A stretch of DNA of 21,707 nucleotides from Thermotogota bacterium (GCA_039679545.1 JBDKUT010000092.1:1-21707), one strand, 5' to 3'; counted from the first letter of the stretch, positions 9,205 through 17,778 are shown. Notes: generated by a model not told the origin, from the sequence alone. A program made the numbers and translations.

Positions 9205-9253
9205 CTCCCATGCAATCGATGAACACGCTGAAACAATGCAGGAGGTGCCACAG

Positions 9254-10645
9254 GTGTTGGCATTGGGGATAAGCCGAAGGGTGACGCCAGTTCTAGTGCT
9301 CCTCGTCATAGCGCTCACGGCACCCGGCATGGCGTCGGCCGGGCCATCGCGGACGATCAGTCCGTCCGAGGCGATCGAGCTTGCAGTCGAAAACGACTCG
9401 CAGCTCCGCGAGGCTGAGCTCAACCTCAGCCTGGCGACGCTCGAACTTGAGGCCGCGCGGGTCTCGACGGTGTTGCCGGCCGTTGGACTCGCCGTCGACC
9501 TCCCGAAGCTCACGGCGGCCGGACTCGGCCAGGAGATCGCCGCCTCCTTGACGGCCTCTCTCTCTCTTCCGTGGGGAGATGGGACCCTCACCGGAGGCTT
9601 GGGCTTCAGCTACAACGCTGCGACCTCCGAGCTCGTCGCGCCGACATGGCAGATCTCTCTGGCGGACGTCCTCGACCTCGCCCGGCCGAACGCGGCGGCG
9701 GAGAGAATCCAGTCACTCACGTGGGCCGTCGAGAGCGCCCGGCGCTCGTACGCGTCGGCCAAGGCGGATCTGGTCATCTCGGCGCTCAAGACCTACGGCG
9801 CGCTTCTCAGCGAGGCGCAGCAAGCCGACTGGGACAGTTCCGCCGTGAGCCGCCTCATGGCCGAGCTTGACCAGGTGAAGGATCTGGCTACGCAGGGGTA
9901 CAAGGGCGACCAAGACGTCAATGAGGCGAAGCTCCTCCTGCTCGACGCGCAAGTGAAGGCCGAGAAGAGTGCCGAAGCGTATGCAGCCGACCTCGAGGCG
10001 TTCTGCCGGACGACGTTGCGCGTCGAGGAGGCGTGTCAGCTCTCCTCGATCGACGTGTCGATGAGTGACCTTCTCGCGGCCGCGCGGAGCCTCCGCGAGA
10101 GCGAGAGCCCGGAAGGCGCCATCTCCGGCGCGTCGGCCGTGATCGCCGCACAGCAGAGCGTGGCCACCGCCGAGGACGACCTTCGCGAGGCCCGCGCCAA
10201 CATGCTGCCCTCCGTATCCGTTGAGGCGACGCTCAACTCCGAAGAGTGGTCCCTCGGCGTCGGCCTGTCGCTTGACCTCTTCGACCCAAGCGGGAAGACC
10301 AATGTTGAGATCGCCGAGACGGACCTCGAGCTGGCGAAGGAAAAGCTGGACTCGGCCCGCGAGACCGTGCGGGACGAGATCCTGAGTCTGAAGGCATCCC
10401 TCTTATCGTCCGTCCGTAGCGCAGAGAGCCTCACGCTAGAGACCGAGAAGTGGCGGCTCGAGGAGCAGGTCATGACGGCCAAGCGCGCGGCCGGCAGCAT
10501 CTCCGACTCCGATTGGGCGCAGTTCCTCGAGGAGAAGGGCGCCTTCGAGATCGATGCGGCGGGGCGCGCCACATCGCTGCTTGTCGCGCACCTCATGTAT
10601 CGCAACGCCCTGGGAATGGAGCTCAACTGGGAGGAATGGCTGTGA
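9254..10645 (+). CDS. TolC/outer-membrane efflux (OEP) family protein
   Basis: Signal peptide followed by ISPSEAIELAVENDSQL. Two OEP-like halves (…LPAVGL… and …ARANMLPSVSV…WSLGVGLSLDLFD…) with long helical heptads. First gene of an exporter operon. GTG at 9254 follows GGAGG at 9241-9245. Confidence 0.8.
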   Translation: MLALGISRRVTPVLVLLVIALTAPGMASAGPSRTISPSEAIELAVENDSQLREAELNLSLATLELEAARVSTVLPAVGLAVDLPKLTAAGLGQEIAASLTASLSLPWGDGTLTGGLGFSYNAATSELVAPTWQISLADVLDLARPNAAAERIQSLTWAVESARRSYASAKADLVISALKTYGALLSEAQQADWDSSAVSRLMAELDQVKDLATQGYKGDQDVNEAKLLLLDAQVKAEKSAEAYAADLEAFCRTTLRVEEACQLSSIDVSMSDLLAAARSLRESESPEGAISGASAVIAAQQSVATAEDDLREARANMLPSVSVEATLNSEEWSLGVGLSLDLFDPSGKTNVEIAETDLELAKEKLDSARETVRDEILSLKASLLSSVRSAESLTLETEKWRLEEQVMTAKRAAGSISDSDWAQFLEEKGAFEIDAAGRATSLLVAHLMYRNALGMELNWEEWL

Positions 10646-11679
10646 AGATCAAACGAAAGACTTGGAAGATCATCGCTGTGGGGACCGCGGTGGCCGTCGT
10701 AGTAGTGGTCGCTCTCGTCCTCTTGCTCAATCGTTTCGGCAAAGAGGAAGAGACGGCTACGGCCCAGACGTTCACAGTGAAGCGCGGCGACGTCAAGAAC
10801 AGCCTCGTCGTGTACGGAACGGTCCAACCGAAGCAGGAGTACACGTTCACGTTCGACGGGGATCTGGTCGACGAAATGCTGGTGAGCGTCGGGACCCGCG
10901 TGACCGAGGGACAAGCCCTCGTCAGGCTCGATCCGTCCCAGCAGGAGTTGGCTCTCCTCCAGGCTGAGCGAGCGCTCGCCGAAGCCAAGGCGGGCGGAGT
11001 CCGGGCCGACGTCAAAGAGAAAGAAGTCGCGCTGAGAATCGCCCAAGCCAACTACGACAACGCCACGCTCAAGGCCCCGTTCGCCGGCGTCGTGACCGAA
11101 ATCAACCAGGCGACGGAGTCGTCAGGAAGCTGGAGTCTCCTGCTGATTGACACGAGCGAGCTGTACCTCGAGGTCGAGATCGACCAACTGGATGCCCCCT
11201 CCGTCGCGGTGGGGCAGTCCGCGACCGCCGTGATCGAGCCCCTTCCCGACAACACGTGGGACGTCAAGATCACCGAGGTCGCCGGCATGGCTGAGGAAGT
11301 GGGAAACAGCACCGTCGTCGTCGCGAAAACGAGCTTCCCGTACTTCGATTCGCGCGTCCTCGTGGGGTACACAGTCGAGATGGAGATCACGACGGCCTCG
11401 GCGACCAACGTTCTTCTCGCGCCGATCTCTTGCCTGACCGAGACGCCGCGCGGATGGATCGTGATGAAGGTCGCGAATGGACAGGCGACGCCTCAGGTCG
11501 TCACGGTCGGCGTGAAGTCGGACACCTACGCCGAGATCACGAGCGGCCTCAAGGAGGGCGATGTGCTTCAGAGCGTCGCGAGATCCGCAGCCGGCAGCAC
11601 CACGACACAGCAGAGTAACGGGTTCCCGGGTGGCGGCATACCGATGGGCGGATTTGGCGGCGGGCCCGGGATGCCTTAA
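10642..11679 (+). CDS. Efflux periplasmic adaptor (MacA/HlyD/YknX-like membrane fusion protein)
   Basis: N-terminal TM anchor, VKRGDV...VYGTV, lipoyl halves (VSVGTRVTEGQAL / LKAPFAGVV), short alpha-hairpin, EITSGLKEGD, Gly-rich tail. GTG overlaps the tolC TGA, with GGAGG 7 nt upstream. Confidence 0.9.
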   Translation: MKIKRKTWKIIAVGTAVAVVVVVALVLLLNRFGKEEETATAQTFTVKRGDVKNSLVVYGTVQPKQEYTFTFDGDLVDEMLVSVGTRVTEGQALVRLDPSQQELALLQAERALAEAKAGGVRADVKEKEVALRIAQANYDNATLKAPFAGVVTEINQATESSGSWSLLLIDTSELYLEVEIDQLDAPSVAVGQSATAVIEPLPDNTWDVKITEVAGMAEEVGNSTVVVAKTSFPYFDSRVLVGYTVEMEITTASATNVLLAPISCLTETPRGWIVMKVANGQATPQVVTVGVKSDTYAEITSGLKEGDVLQSVARSAAGSTTTQQSNGFPGGGIPMGGFGGGPGMP

Positions 11680-11684
11680 CCATC

Positions 11685-12368
11685 ATGATCGAACTCAAGA
11701 ACGTCACCAAGGACTACCCGATGGGTGAACTCGTCTACCACGCGTTGCGCGGGGTCACGTTCAACATTGAGGAGCATGAGTTCGCCGCGATCACCGGGGC
11801 GTCGGGCTCGGGCAAGTCGACCCTGCTCCACATCCTGGGGGCTCTGCATCGCCCTACCTCGGGAGAAGCACTGTTTGACGGAGAGAACTTCGGCGTGATG
11901 TCGCGCGAGGACCTGTCGAGAATCCGCAATGAGAAGATCGGGTTCATTTTCCAGCAGTTCTTTCTCCTCCCTCGCGCGACCGCTCAGGCGAACGTCGAGC
12001 TGCCCCTCGCCTACGCCGGAATTCCCCGGAAGAAGCGGACGGAGATCGCTCACGTGTGTCTGGAGCGCGTTGGACTCGCCGACTTCGCGGAGCACCGTCC
12101 AACCCAGTTGTCGGGCGGCCAGTCGCAACGCGTGGCGATCGCCCGGGCCCTCGCGAACTCGCCACGCCTCATCCTCGGGGACGAGCCGACGGGAAACCTC
12201 GACAGCCATACCACAAAGGAGATCATGGCCCTGTTCCACTCGCTCCACGACGAGGGCAGGACCATCGTTCTGGTCACCCACGAACAGGAGATCGCGCAGG
12301 TCACGAAGCGTGAGATCATCCTCAAGGACGGGCTCATCGCGGAGGATAAGACCCATGGGACTGCATGA
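11685..12368 (+). CDS. MacB/LolD-family ABC transporter ATP-binding protein
   Basis: Walker A GASGSGKST, IGFIFQQF, signature LSGGQSQR, Walker B LILGDEPTGNLD, H-loop LVTHE. Confidence 0.95.
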   Translation: MIELKNVTKDYPMGELVYHALRGVTFNIEEHEFAAITGASGSGKSTLLHILGALHRPTSGEALFDGENFGVMSREDLSRIRNEKIGFIFQQFFLLPRATAQANVELPLAYAGIPRKKRTEIAHVCLERVGLADFAEHRPTQLSGGQSQRVAIARALANSPRLILGDEPTGNLDSHTTKEIMALFHSLHDEGRTIVLVTHEQEIAQVTKREIILKDGLIAEDKTHGTA

Positions 12369-13581
12369 GATGCTGCGGACCGCCGTCACGGCGCTCCGCG
12401 CCCACAAGATGCGGACGACGTTGTCCGTCCTCGGGATCGTCATCGGCGTCGCCGCCATTGTCGCGATCATCGCGATCGTCAACGGAGCGACAGCCTCGAT
12501 GAAGGAGCAGATCTCCGGACTCGGCATGCGAACGATCAACGTCATGATCTTCCCGAATGCGCTCTCTGCCGCCTCTTCGGCGCGAGCGCTGACCGATGAA
12601 CTGACGAGCCGGTTCGAGACCCTGCCGGACGTCTCCAAGGCGGTTCCGACGTCATCCTCGAACGCGAGGGCCGTCATCAACGGCGAGGAGTACTCGACCT
12701 CGGTTGCGGGGGTCGTTCCCGAGTACGCGGAGCTGTTCGACAACTTCTATCCGACAAGCGGCCGATTCATCTACTCGATGGATGAGAACCGCCGGGTTGT
12801 CGTCCTCGGCTCGGAGTTCGCCGCGGAGTACTTCCCCGGGGAAGACCCGGTCGGAAAGAGACTGACGCTCGAGATCTCGAGCCAGACCCTTGCGTTCACG
12901 ATCATCGGCGTGATGTGCGAGGCGGGGACCGTGGGCATGCAGGACCTCGACGACACGGTCTACGTGCCGCTCTCAACCATCCAGACGCTCTCAGGATCGC
13001 GCCAGTTCACGTCGTACATCGCCCAGGCCAAGGATGAGACGTCCGTCGACGCTGCCGCGGAGGAGATCGAGGGAGTCCTAAAGGAGGTCATCTCGACCTC
13101 AACGACCACCCAGACGAGCAACTCGCGCAGTCGGACTCCTTATCGCGTGACGCTCCAGCAGCAGTTTATCGAGACGTACGAGTCGACCGTGGGGACAATG
13201 ACGTTCATCCTGGGTGGCGTGGCGGCGATTGCGCTTCTCGTGGGCGGCATCGGGATCATGAACATCATGCTCGTCTCGGTGACCGAGCGAACCCGCGAGA
13301 TCGGGATCCGGCTCGCAATCGGAGCGCGGCCCAAAGACATCCGGACGCAGTTCCTCGTCGAGGCCGTCATGACGAGCTCAATCGGCGGGCTGATCGGCCT
13401 GGGCGCCGGGTGGTTGTGCGCGTGGCTCGGAGCGCTGTTCGGCGATTGGCCGTTTGTCATGTCCGTCTACCCTGCGCTCCTCGCGGTCGGGTTCTCGTTC
13501 CTGATCGGCGTGACGTTCGGCCTCTACCCGGCCGTGCGGGCCGCCAAGCTCGACCCCGTCGAAGCGCTGCGATACGAATAA
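12355..13581 (+). CDS. MacB/FtsX-family ABC transporter permease
   Basis: MRTTLSVLGIVIGVAAIV, a large periplasmic domain, GGIGIMNIMLVSVTERTREIGIRLAIGA and YPAVRAAKLDPVEALRYE. ATG at 12355 follows GGAGG and overlaps the ATPase gene. Confidence 0.95.
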   Translation: MGLHEMLRTAVTALRAHKMRTTLSVLGIVIGVAAIVAIIAIVNGATASMKEQISGLGMRTINVMIFPNALSAASSARALTDELTSRFETLPDVSKAVPTSSSNARAVINGEEYSTSVAGVVPEYAELFDNFYPTSGRFIYSMDENRRVVVLGSEFAAEYFPGEDPVGKRLTLEISSQTLAFTIIGVMCEAGTVGMQDLDDTVYVPLSTIQTLSGSRQFTSYIAQAKDETSVDAAAEEIEGVLKEVISTSTTTQTSNSRSRTPYRVTLQQQFIETYESTVGTMTFILGGVAAIALLVGGIGIMNIMLVSVTERTREIGIRLAIGARPKDIRTQFLVEAVMTSSIGGLIGLGAGWLCAWLGALFGDWPFVMSVYPALLAVGFSFLIGVTFGLYPAVRAAKLDPVEALRYE

Positions 13582-13585
13582 CACG

Positions 13586-13615
13586 GGGCGGAGAGGGCCA
13601 CACCCCTCTCCGCCC
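13586..13615. terminator. Hairpin between convergent operons
   Basis: 12-bp perfect stem GGGCGGAGAGGG / CCCTCTCCGCCC with loop CCACAC, 4 nt after the permease stop. Confidence 0.7.
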
Positions 13616-13644
13616 ACATTCCTCTTGCCCTGTCTGCGGGTGGA

Positions 13645-14922
13645 CTAGCCCGCGGGCTTCCAGGCCGGGTCGAAGATCCTCAGGTTGTCGAATCGAACGG
13701 TCGTCGTGCCGTCGAAGTTCACAACACAAAGGGCCAACGTTCCATTCAGGGGAATCGAGACACCGAGCGTTCCAGGCGTTGCGCCGTTGAACGAGATCTG
13801 CGCGTTCCGCTTCACGACGTCGATGAGAATTCGATTCGCGACGTCCTTCCCTTCCTTGAGGTTCGACGACGGCGTCCACTGTCCCGCCAGCACCCAGCTC
13901 GAGTTCCCTCCGGGGGCCTGCTTGAAGACGCCGTAGTTGCCCTCGTTGTCAATCAGAACCATGAAGCTCCACTGGCTCGTATCGTCCTCGGACGGGAAGA
14001 ACGCAAGCCCTGCCGCGCACCCCTTGGTGCACGTCGAGAAGAGGACCTCGACTTCGAACGAGGGGCCCGACGCCTCGGCCGGGCACTCTACGAAGTCCAC
14101 CGTTCCCTTCTCCTTCACGGCAACTTCGGCATACCCCGCCTCGTTCCAGTAGTCTGCAACCCACTCGCGGGATTGCGTGAACGGCTCCTTGTACTCGCCG
14201 TCCTGCACATACACGTCCGACCACTCGACGTACACCACCGCAGGCGTCGCGGCCGCCACGATCTCCCGCGACGTGAGCACCGTGTCTGCCGTCGAGACGG
14301 TCCACCCCACGACGTGCTTCGTCACCAACTGCGCCGCCAGGTTAATCGGAACCAAGAAGCTGACCCCCTCGACCTCTTCGCCGACGATCTTCGACGTGAC
14401 GATGCCGACGGCCCGGCCCATGGCATCGAGAGCCGGTCCCCCACTGTTCCCGGGGTTCACGGCAGCGTCGATTTGGAGCATCTCCGGCGAGTCCTTGATC
14501 TTCCGGAACGCCGTGATGTTGCCGCCGGTCACATTCAAGCTCACGCCAAGCTCAAACGAGAGGGGATACCCGAGGACGACAACCTGATCGAACAGCTGGA
14601 CCTGATCTGAATCCGCAATCGGGATCGTCGGAAGCCCCGACGCCTCGATTTTCAGGAGCGCGGCGTCATACCCACCCTCATCGGTGGTCGGGGAGTAGTC
14701 GACGACGCGCGCCTCGTGCTTCGTCCCGTCCGACAGCGTGATCGTGATCGGGCCGGTCGCACCCTCAACAACATGGTAGCTCGTGAGGATGTACCCGGAC
14801 GAAGCCACGATGAAGCCTGTGCCGCTCGTCGGGTACGTCTGAGCTACAGTACTTACGGCGACGATGCTCAGGGCAACGAGCAAGCTTGCGGCCGCGGCGA
14901 CGACGCTTCGGTCTCTGGTCAT
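13645..14922 (-). CDS. Secreted S1C/HtrA-like trypsin serine protease without PDZ, with a C-terminal ConA-like/DUF1080-like beta-sandwich
   Basis: Signal peptide, SGTGFIV, TSYHVV (His), YDAALLKI (Asp), QIDAAVNPGNSGGP (Ser). The C-terminal all-beta domain ends NRILIDV...ISFNG...GTLAL...VRFDNLRI. ATG at 14922 follows GGAGGGG. Confidence 0.88.
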   Translation of the reverse strand: MTRDRSVVAAAASLLVALSIVAVSTVAQTYPTSGTGFIVASSGYILTSYHVVEGATGPITITLSDGTKHEARVVDYSPTTDEGGYDAALLKIEASGLPTIPIADSDQVQLFDQVVVLGYPLSFELGVSLNVTGGNITAFRKIKDSPEMLQIDAAVNPGNSGGPALDAMGRAVGIVTSKIVGEEVEGVSFLVPINLAAQLVTKHVVGWTVSTADTVLTSREIVAAATPAVVYVEWSDVYVQDGEYKEPFTQSREWVADYWNEAGYAEVAVKEKGTVDFVECPAEASGPSFEVEVLFSTCTKGCAAGLAFFPSEDDTSQWSFMVLIDNEGNYGVFKQAPGGNSSWVLAGQWTPSSNLKEGKDVANRILIDVVKRNAQISFNGATPGTLGVSIPLNGTLALCVVNFDGTTTVRFDNLRIFDPAWKPAG

Positions 14923-14998
14923 TGCTGATCCCCTCCACACGGAAGCCTTCTCCTATTCTAGCCTAGGAATGACACCGCATCTACGCGCGACGGGCTCG

Positions 14999-16195
14999 CT
15001 ATCGAATCCGGAATGCGCGAACTCCAAGCACCGGCCCGGCGCCCCCGAAGTCGAAAGCGATCGTCGCTTGGTAGATGCCCGCAGGCAGTGGAACGCTTGA
15101 AACGTCTACCAGCGTGATGACGCGGACGCTGCCCGGAAGGATGCGGAAGTAGTCTCGCCCCGATTCCTCGAACCGCAGAGTTCGAACGACCGTACCGTTT
15201 CGATCCACAATCTGGGCCTCACAGACCACGATCAACTGGACGTTCCCCGTGTTCTCAAACGCCGCCTGAAGTGAGAGCGGATCAGCGACGGTCTGTTGGA
15301 TGTCAATGACTTTGCCCTCGGCCTTCTCGGTACCCGGGGCGGTGACGAACAGCTTCAGCCCGACGGTCGGGCGCGCGACGATCTGTGTGCCGGCGACCTC
15401 TCCGAGTGCCACGGGGCGGCTCTCGGCTTGGATGATGCTCCAGTATGTCCCCGAGAACTGCGTCGGTGTCCTCACGGTCGCGCGGATCTCCGTGCTCTGA
15501 CCCGGTTGAAGCGTCACTTCGTCCCGCGAGAGACTGATCCACGAAGAGCAGGAGCGGTTGACGGTGTCGAAGGTTCCGCCTCCACACTCCCCACATGAGA
15601 GCTCGACGCGCTCGCTGTACGTTTCCACGATCGTTAGTCCGTCGAAGTCCGAAGTCGGACGGATCGACAGCGCAACCGTGGCCTCGCCCTCTGGGGTTAC
15701 GGATTCGACGGTTCGAGTGACAAGAGCAGGAGCCGCACCGAGCGCGCCCGTCGTCGCAGGAGCGCCGCCGGGGACCTCGGACGCGCCCGCAATCGTGCCC
15801 GCAAGGTGTGGAGACCAGCTCTGATACGTGCCTTCCACCGACACAGGAGCCCCCCGCGGAAGGCGTACTGCGTAGCGCACGGTCACAACCTCGCCTGCCC
15901 CAAAAGTCCGATCGAACGTCCATCGCACGCTGTTCGGTGCAATCCCGAGGTCGTTTTGGCCTTCGAGCGTACGCACCCAATCCCAGACGTAGATCCGAAG
16001 CTCCGCCGGCTGTTCGCCGTCGTTGTACAGCGTAAGCACGTACGTCGTCTCGGTGCCCAGCGCCTGGGTGACGTCAAGCTCCGCCGGAGACCAACGAACC
16101 CCGTAGGCGCAAAGAGAGAAGGCTGTCAAAGCTACACCCAACGCGACAACGAGCGCCGCGCCCCTCGCCGCGTCACGGCTTCCTCTCTTCACCAT
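14999..16195 (-). CDS. Secreted PapD-like/DUF916-like (WxL-interacting) two-Ig-domain chaperone with an inserted extra domain
   Basis: Signal peptide, then VRWSPAELDV...LTLYNDG...IYVWDW, SCSSWISL...TLQPGQS.EIR.TV..P....GTYWSII, and FENTGNVQL...ILPGSVR...LPAGIYQA..AFDFG. This is the motif series of non-proteobacterial pilus-chaperone-like proteins. ATG at 16195 lies 10 nt after the upstream stop. Confidence 0.65.
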   Translation of the reverse strand: MVKRGSRDAARGAALVVALGVALTAFSLCAYGVRWSPAELDVTQALGTETTYVLTLYNDGEQPAELRIYVWDWVRTLEGQNDLGIAPNSVRWTFDRTFGAGEVVTVRYAVRLPRGAPVSVEGTYQSWSPHLAGTIAGASEVPGGAPATTGALGAAPALVTRTVESVTPEGEATVALSIRPTSDFDGLTIVETYSERVELSCGECGGGTFDTVNRSCSSWISLSRDEVTLQPGQSTEIRATVRTPTQFSGTYWSIIQAESRPVALGEVAGTQIVARPTVGLKLFVTAPGTEKAEGKVIDIQQTVADPLSLQAAFENTGNVQLIVVCEAQIVDRNGTVVRTLRFEESGRDYFRILPGSVRVITLVDVSSVPLPAGIYQATIAFDFGGAGPVLGVRAFRIR

Positions 16196-16205
16196 CGTCG
16201 TCCCC

Positions 16206-17018
16206 CTAGTCGGTCGAAACGGTGTAGGCAATCGTAATGACGTAGGTTCCCTGCGGCAGTCCCGCGAAGTCCGCCAGATCCACGACGAGGGCGTAGGTGA
16301 CAGCGATGTCGGTGATCCCGGCCGACGCGGTGTGGGTTCCGAGCGACACCCGGAAGATCCCTTCCACCACCGTCTGGGAGGCCTCCGGTGGAATCGAGAA
16401 CTGAGGCAAGTAGGTGAGTGACCATCCCGCGGTCGAGCTGGTGACGCGAAGGACGGTGTCGCTGGTCGCGGGATACGTCCCGGCACCGACGATCTCAGGG
16501 AACGAGATCGACTCCCCCGAGACGATATCGAGGGAGATGGACGCGACTACGCACGCCGGTCCGCCGACCGACCCGGTGAGGATTGCCGGCGGACTTGACC
16601 ATCCCGCCGCCACCCACACGTCCTCGGTGGTCCAGTTTCCCACCAGGTAGATGTAGTACTTCTGATTCCGCGAGCTGCAGGCGAACCTCATGCCTCGGGA
16701 TGGATTTGTCACCCAGGTGTAGTTCGAGGACATGTACCAGATCACGGCGTTGTCATCAACGCAGTCCTCGACTCCGAGAATCCAGTACGAGGGTGCCGAA
16801 CTGCCGGGCGGCGTCGTCACCTGGTAGGTGAACCGAGTGTAGTCTCCCCCCGAGTAGTATTGGACCGAATTCAGCGTGATCGTCGTGCGCCCCAGTTGAA
16901 CTCCGGCGCAGGCGGGTGCGAAGCCGGCGACGCCCATCACCAGGGCAAGTCCAAGAACGAGAAGACGACCAAGACGAGAGGACAGTGCCTCTCCCCATCG
17001 TCCCTCGCTACGTCCCAT
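16206..17018 (-). CDS. Secreted two-domain protein with a C-terminal pilin/WxL/spore-coat-U-like Ig domain
   Basis: Signal peptide (…LLVLGLALVMGVAGFAPACA). The C-terminal domain reads ISLDI...ISF......LRVTSST.GWSLT...VTYAL......LPQGTYVITIAYTVS. ATG at 17018 follows GGAGGAG. The gene sits directly upstream of the chaperone-like gene. Confidence 0.55.
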   Translation of the reverse strand: MGRSEGRWGEALSSRLGRLLVLGLALVMGVAGFAPACAGVQLGRTTITLNSVQYYSGGDYTRFTYQVTTPPGSSAPSYWILGVEDCVDDNAVIWYMSSNYTWVTNPSRGMRFACSSRNQKYYIYLVGNWTTEDVWVAAGWSSPPAILTGSVGGPACVVASISLDIVSGESISFPEIVGAGTYPATSDTVLRVTSSTAGWSLTYLPQFSIPPEASQTVVEGIFRVSLGTHTASAGITDIAVTYALVVDLADFAGLPQGTYVITIAYTVSTD

Positions 17019-17083
17019 GTCCCACGCTCCTCCCCCGGTCGCATTCTCCCGACGGTGAGGATTGTACCTGAGACTCCGTGGCA

Positions 17084-17776
17084 TCAGTCCGTTCTGTCGG
17101 GCGCCGCATCGCTCGGCGCTTCGAACAGGTGACGGAACAAGTACTGCTGGAGCTCGGCCAGACGCTCGAGCGCGGACGCGATGCGGATACGATGCTCAAT
17201 GGGAAAAGCCACCGGGTGCTTGCTTCGGATGAGTTCCGTCCGGATTGTCGGCGCGGGGTCGTTGGCTCGCTGCTCCGCGTCGAGGGACACGTAGCTCAGT
17301 GCTTCCCGCGCTTTGAAGATCTCGACGATTCCCTCTTCCGAGATGTTCACGGCGTCGGCCAGTTCAGCGAGCGTCGGCAGCTTCCCCGTCTCGCGTAGCA
17401 GTCGAGCTTCCGCGTTCTCGATCTGTCGGTTCAGGTCGCTCATCCAGGGAGGAACGCGGAGTTGCTGCTCGCCGCCGCGGATGTGCTGCCGGATCTCGCC
17501 GCGGATGAGGTTCCCCGCGTACTCCCGGAACGGTCGACCGCGGGCGAGTTCGAAGTTGCAAACCGCGCTCAGGAGCCCCAGGTAGCCCGGCCGGAACAGC
17601 TCGTTCGCCCCGTACCCGCTGTGAGCGAACGACTCCGCGATGACCTCATGGATCCACGGCGTTGCTCGGCGAAGAGCCTCCTCCCGCGCGTTCTCGTCCG
17701 TCTTTCCTCGCTCCAAGAGGTCCATCAGGTCGTCCGGATCATGCCCTGCCGCACGTCGCCGGTCGTCGGTCGTCAT
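17084..17776 (-). CDS. SigB/SigF/SigG-like sigma-70 family protein, regions 2, 3 and 4.1 only (no region 4.2 HTH)
   Basis: AREE (region 1.2/2.1), GYLGLLSAVCNFELARGRPFREYA...IRGEIRQHIR (region 2), RVP...ETGKLPTLAELADAVNISEE...VSLD (region 3), and PIEHRI..ALERL..LQ..LF..LF (region 4.1), followed by a stop. Confidence 0.85.
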   Translation of the reverse strand: MTTDDRRRAAGHDPDDLMDLLERGKTDENAREEALRRATPWIHEVIAESFAHSGYGANELFRPGYLGLLSAVCNFELARGRPFREYAGNLIRGEIRQHIRGGEQQLRVPPWMSDLNRQIENAEARLLRETGKLPTLAELADAVNISEEGIVEIFKAREALSYVSLDAEQRANDPAPTIRTELIRSKHPVAFPIEHRIRIASALERLAELQQYLFRHLFEAPSDAAPDRTD

Positions 17777-17778
17777 GG

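Noticed and set aside
10450..10641. N-terminal extensions given by the ORF track (also 11929-12354, 16196-16486, 17019-17084, 18952-19071)
   Set aside because: They overlap upstream genes or precede clear RBS + signal-peptide starts, so the downstream starts were chosen.
16900..16930. Lipoprotein lipobox in the pilin-like protein (FAPAC)
   Set aside because: A-P-A-C does not fit L-[AS]-[GA]-C, and A-C-A|G fits signal peptidase I better.
14955..17066. -10-like hexamers TAGAAT (14955-14960) and TACAAT (17061-17066) on the minus strand
   Set aside because: They are plausible internal promoters but have no convincing -35 or extended -10, so they were not called. If real, they would weaken the single-operon reading of the cluster.
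17019..17130. Possible frameshift or readthrough restoring sigma region 4.2
   Set aside because: None of the three minus-strand frames after the LFRHLF segment encodes an HTH-like sequence before the next gene begins.
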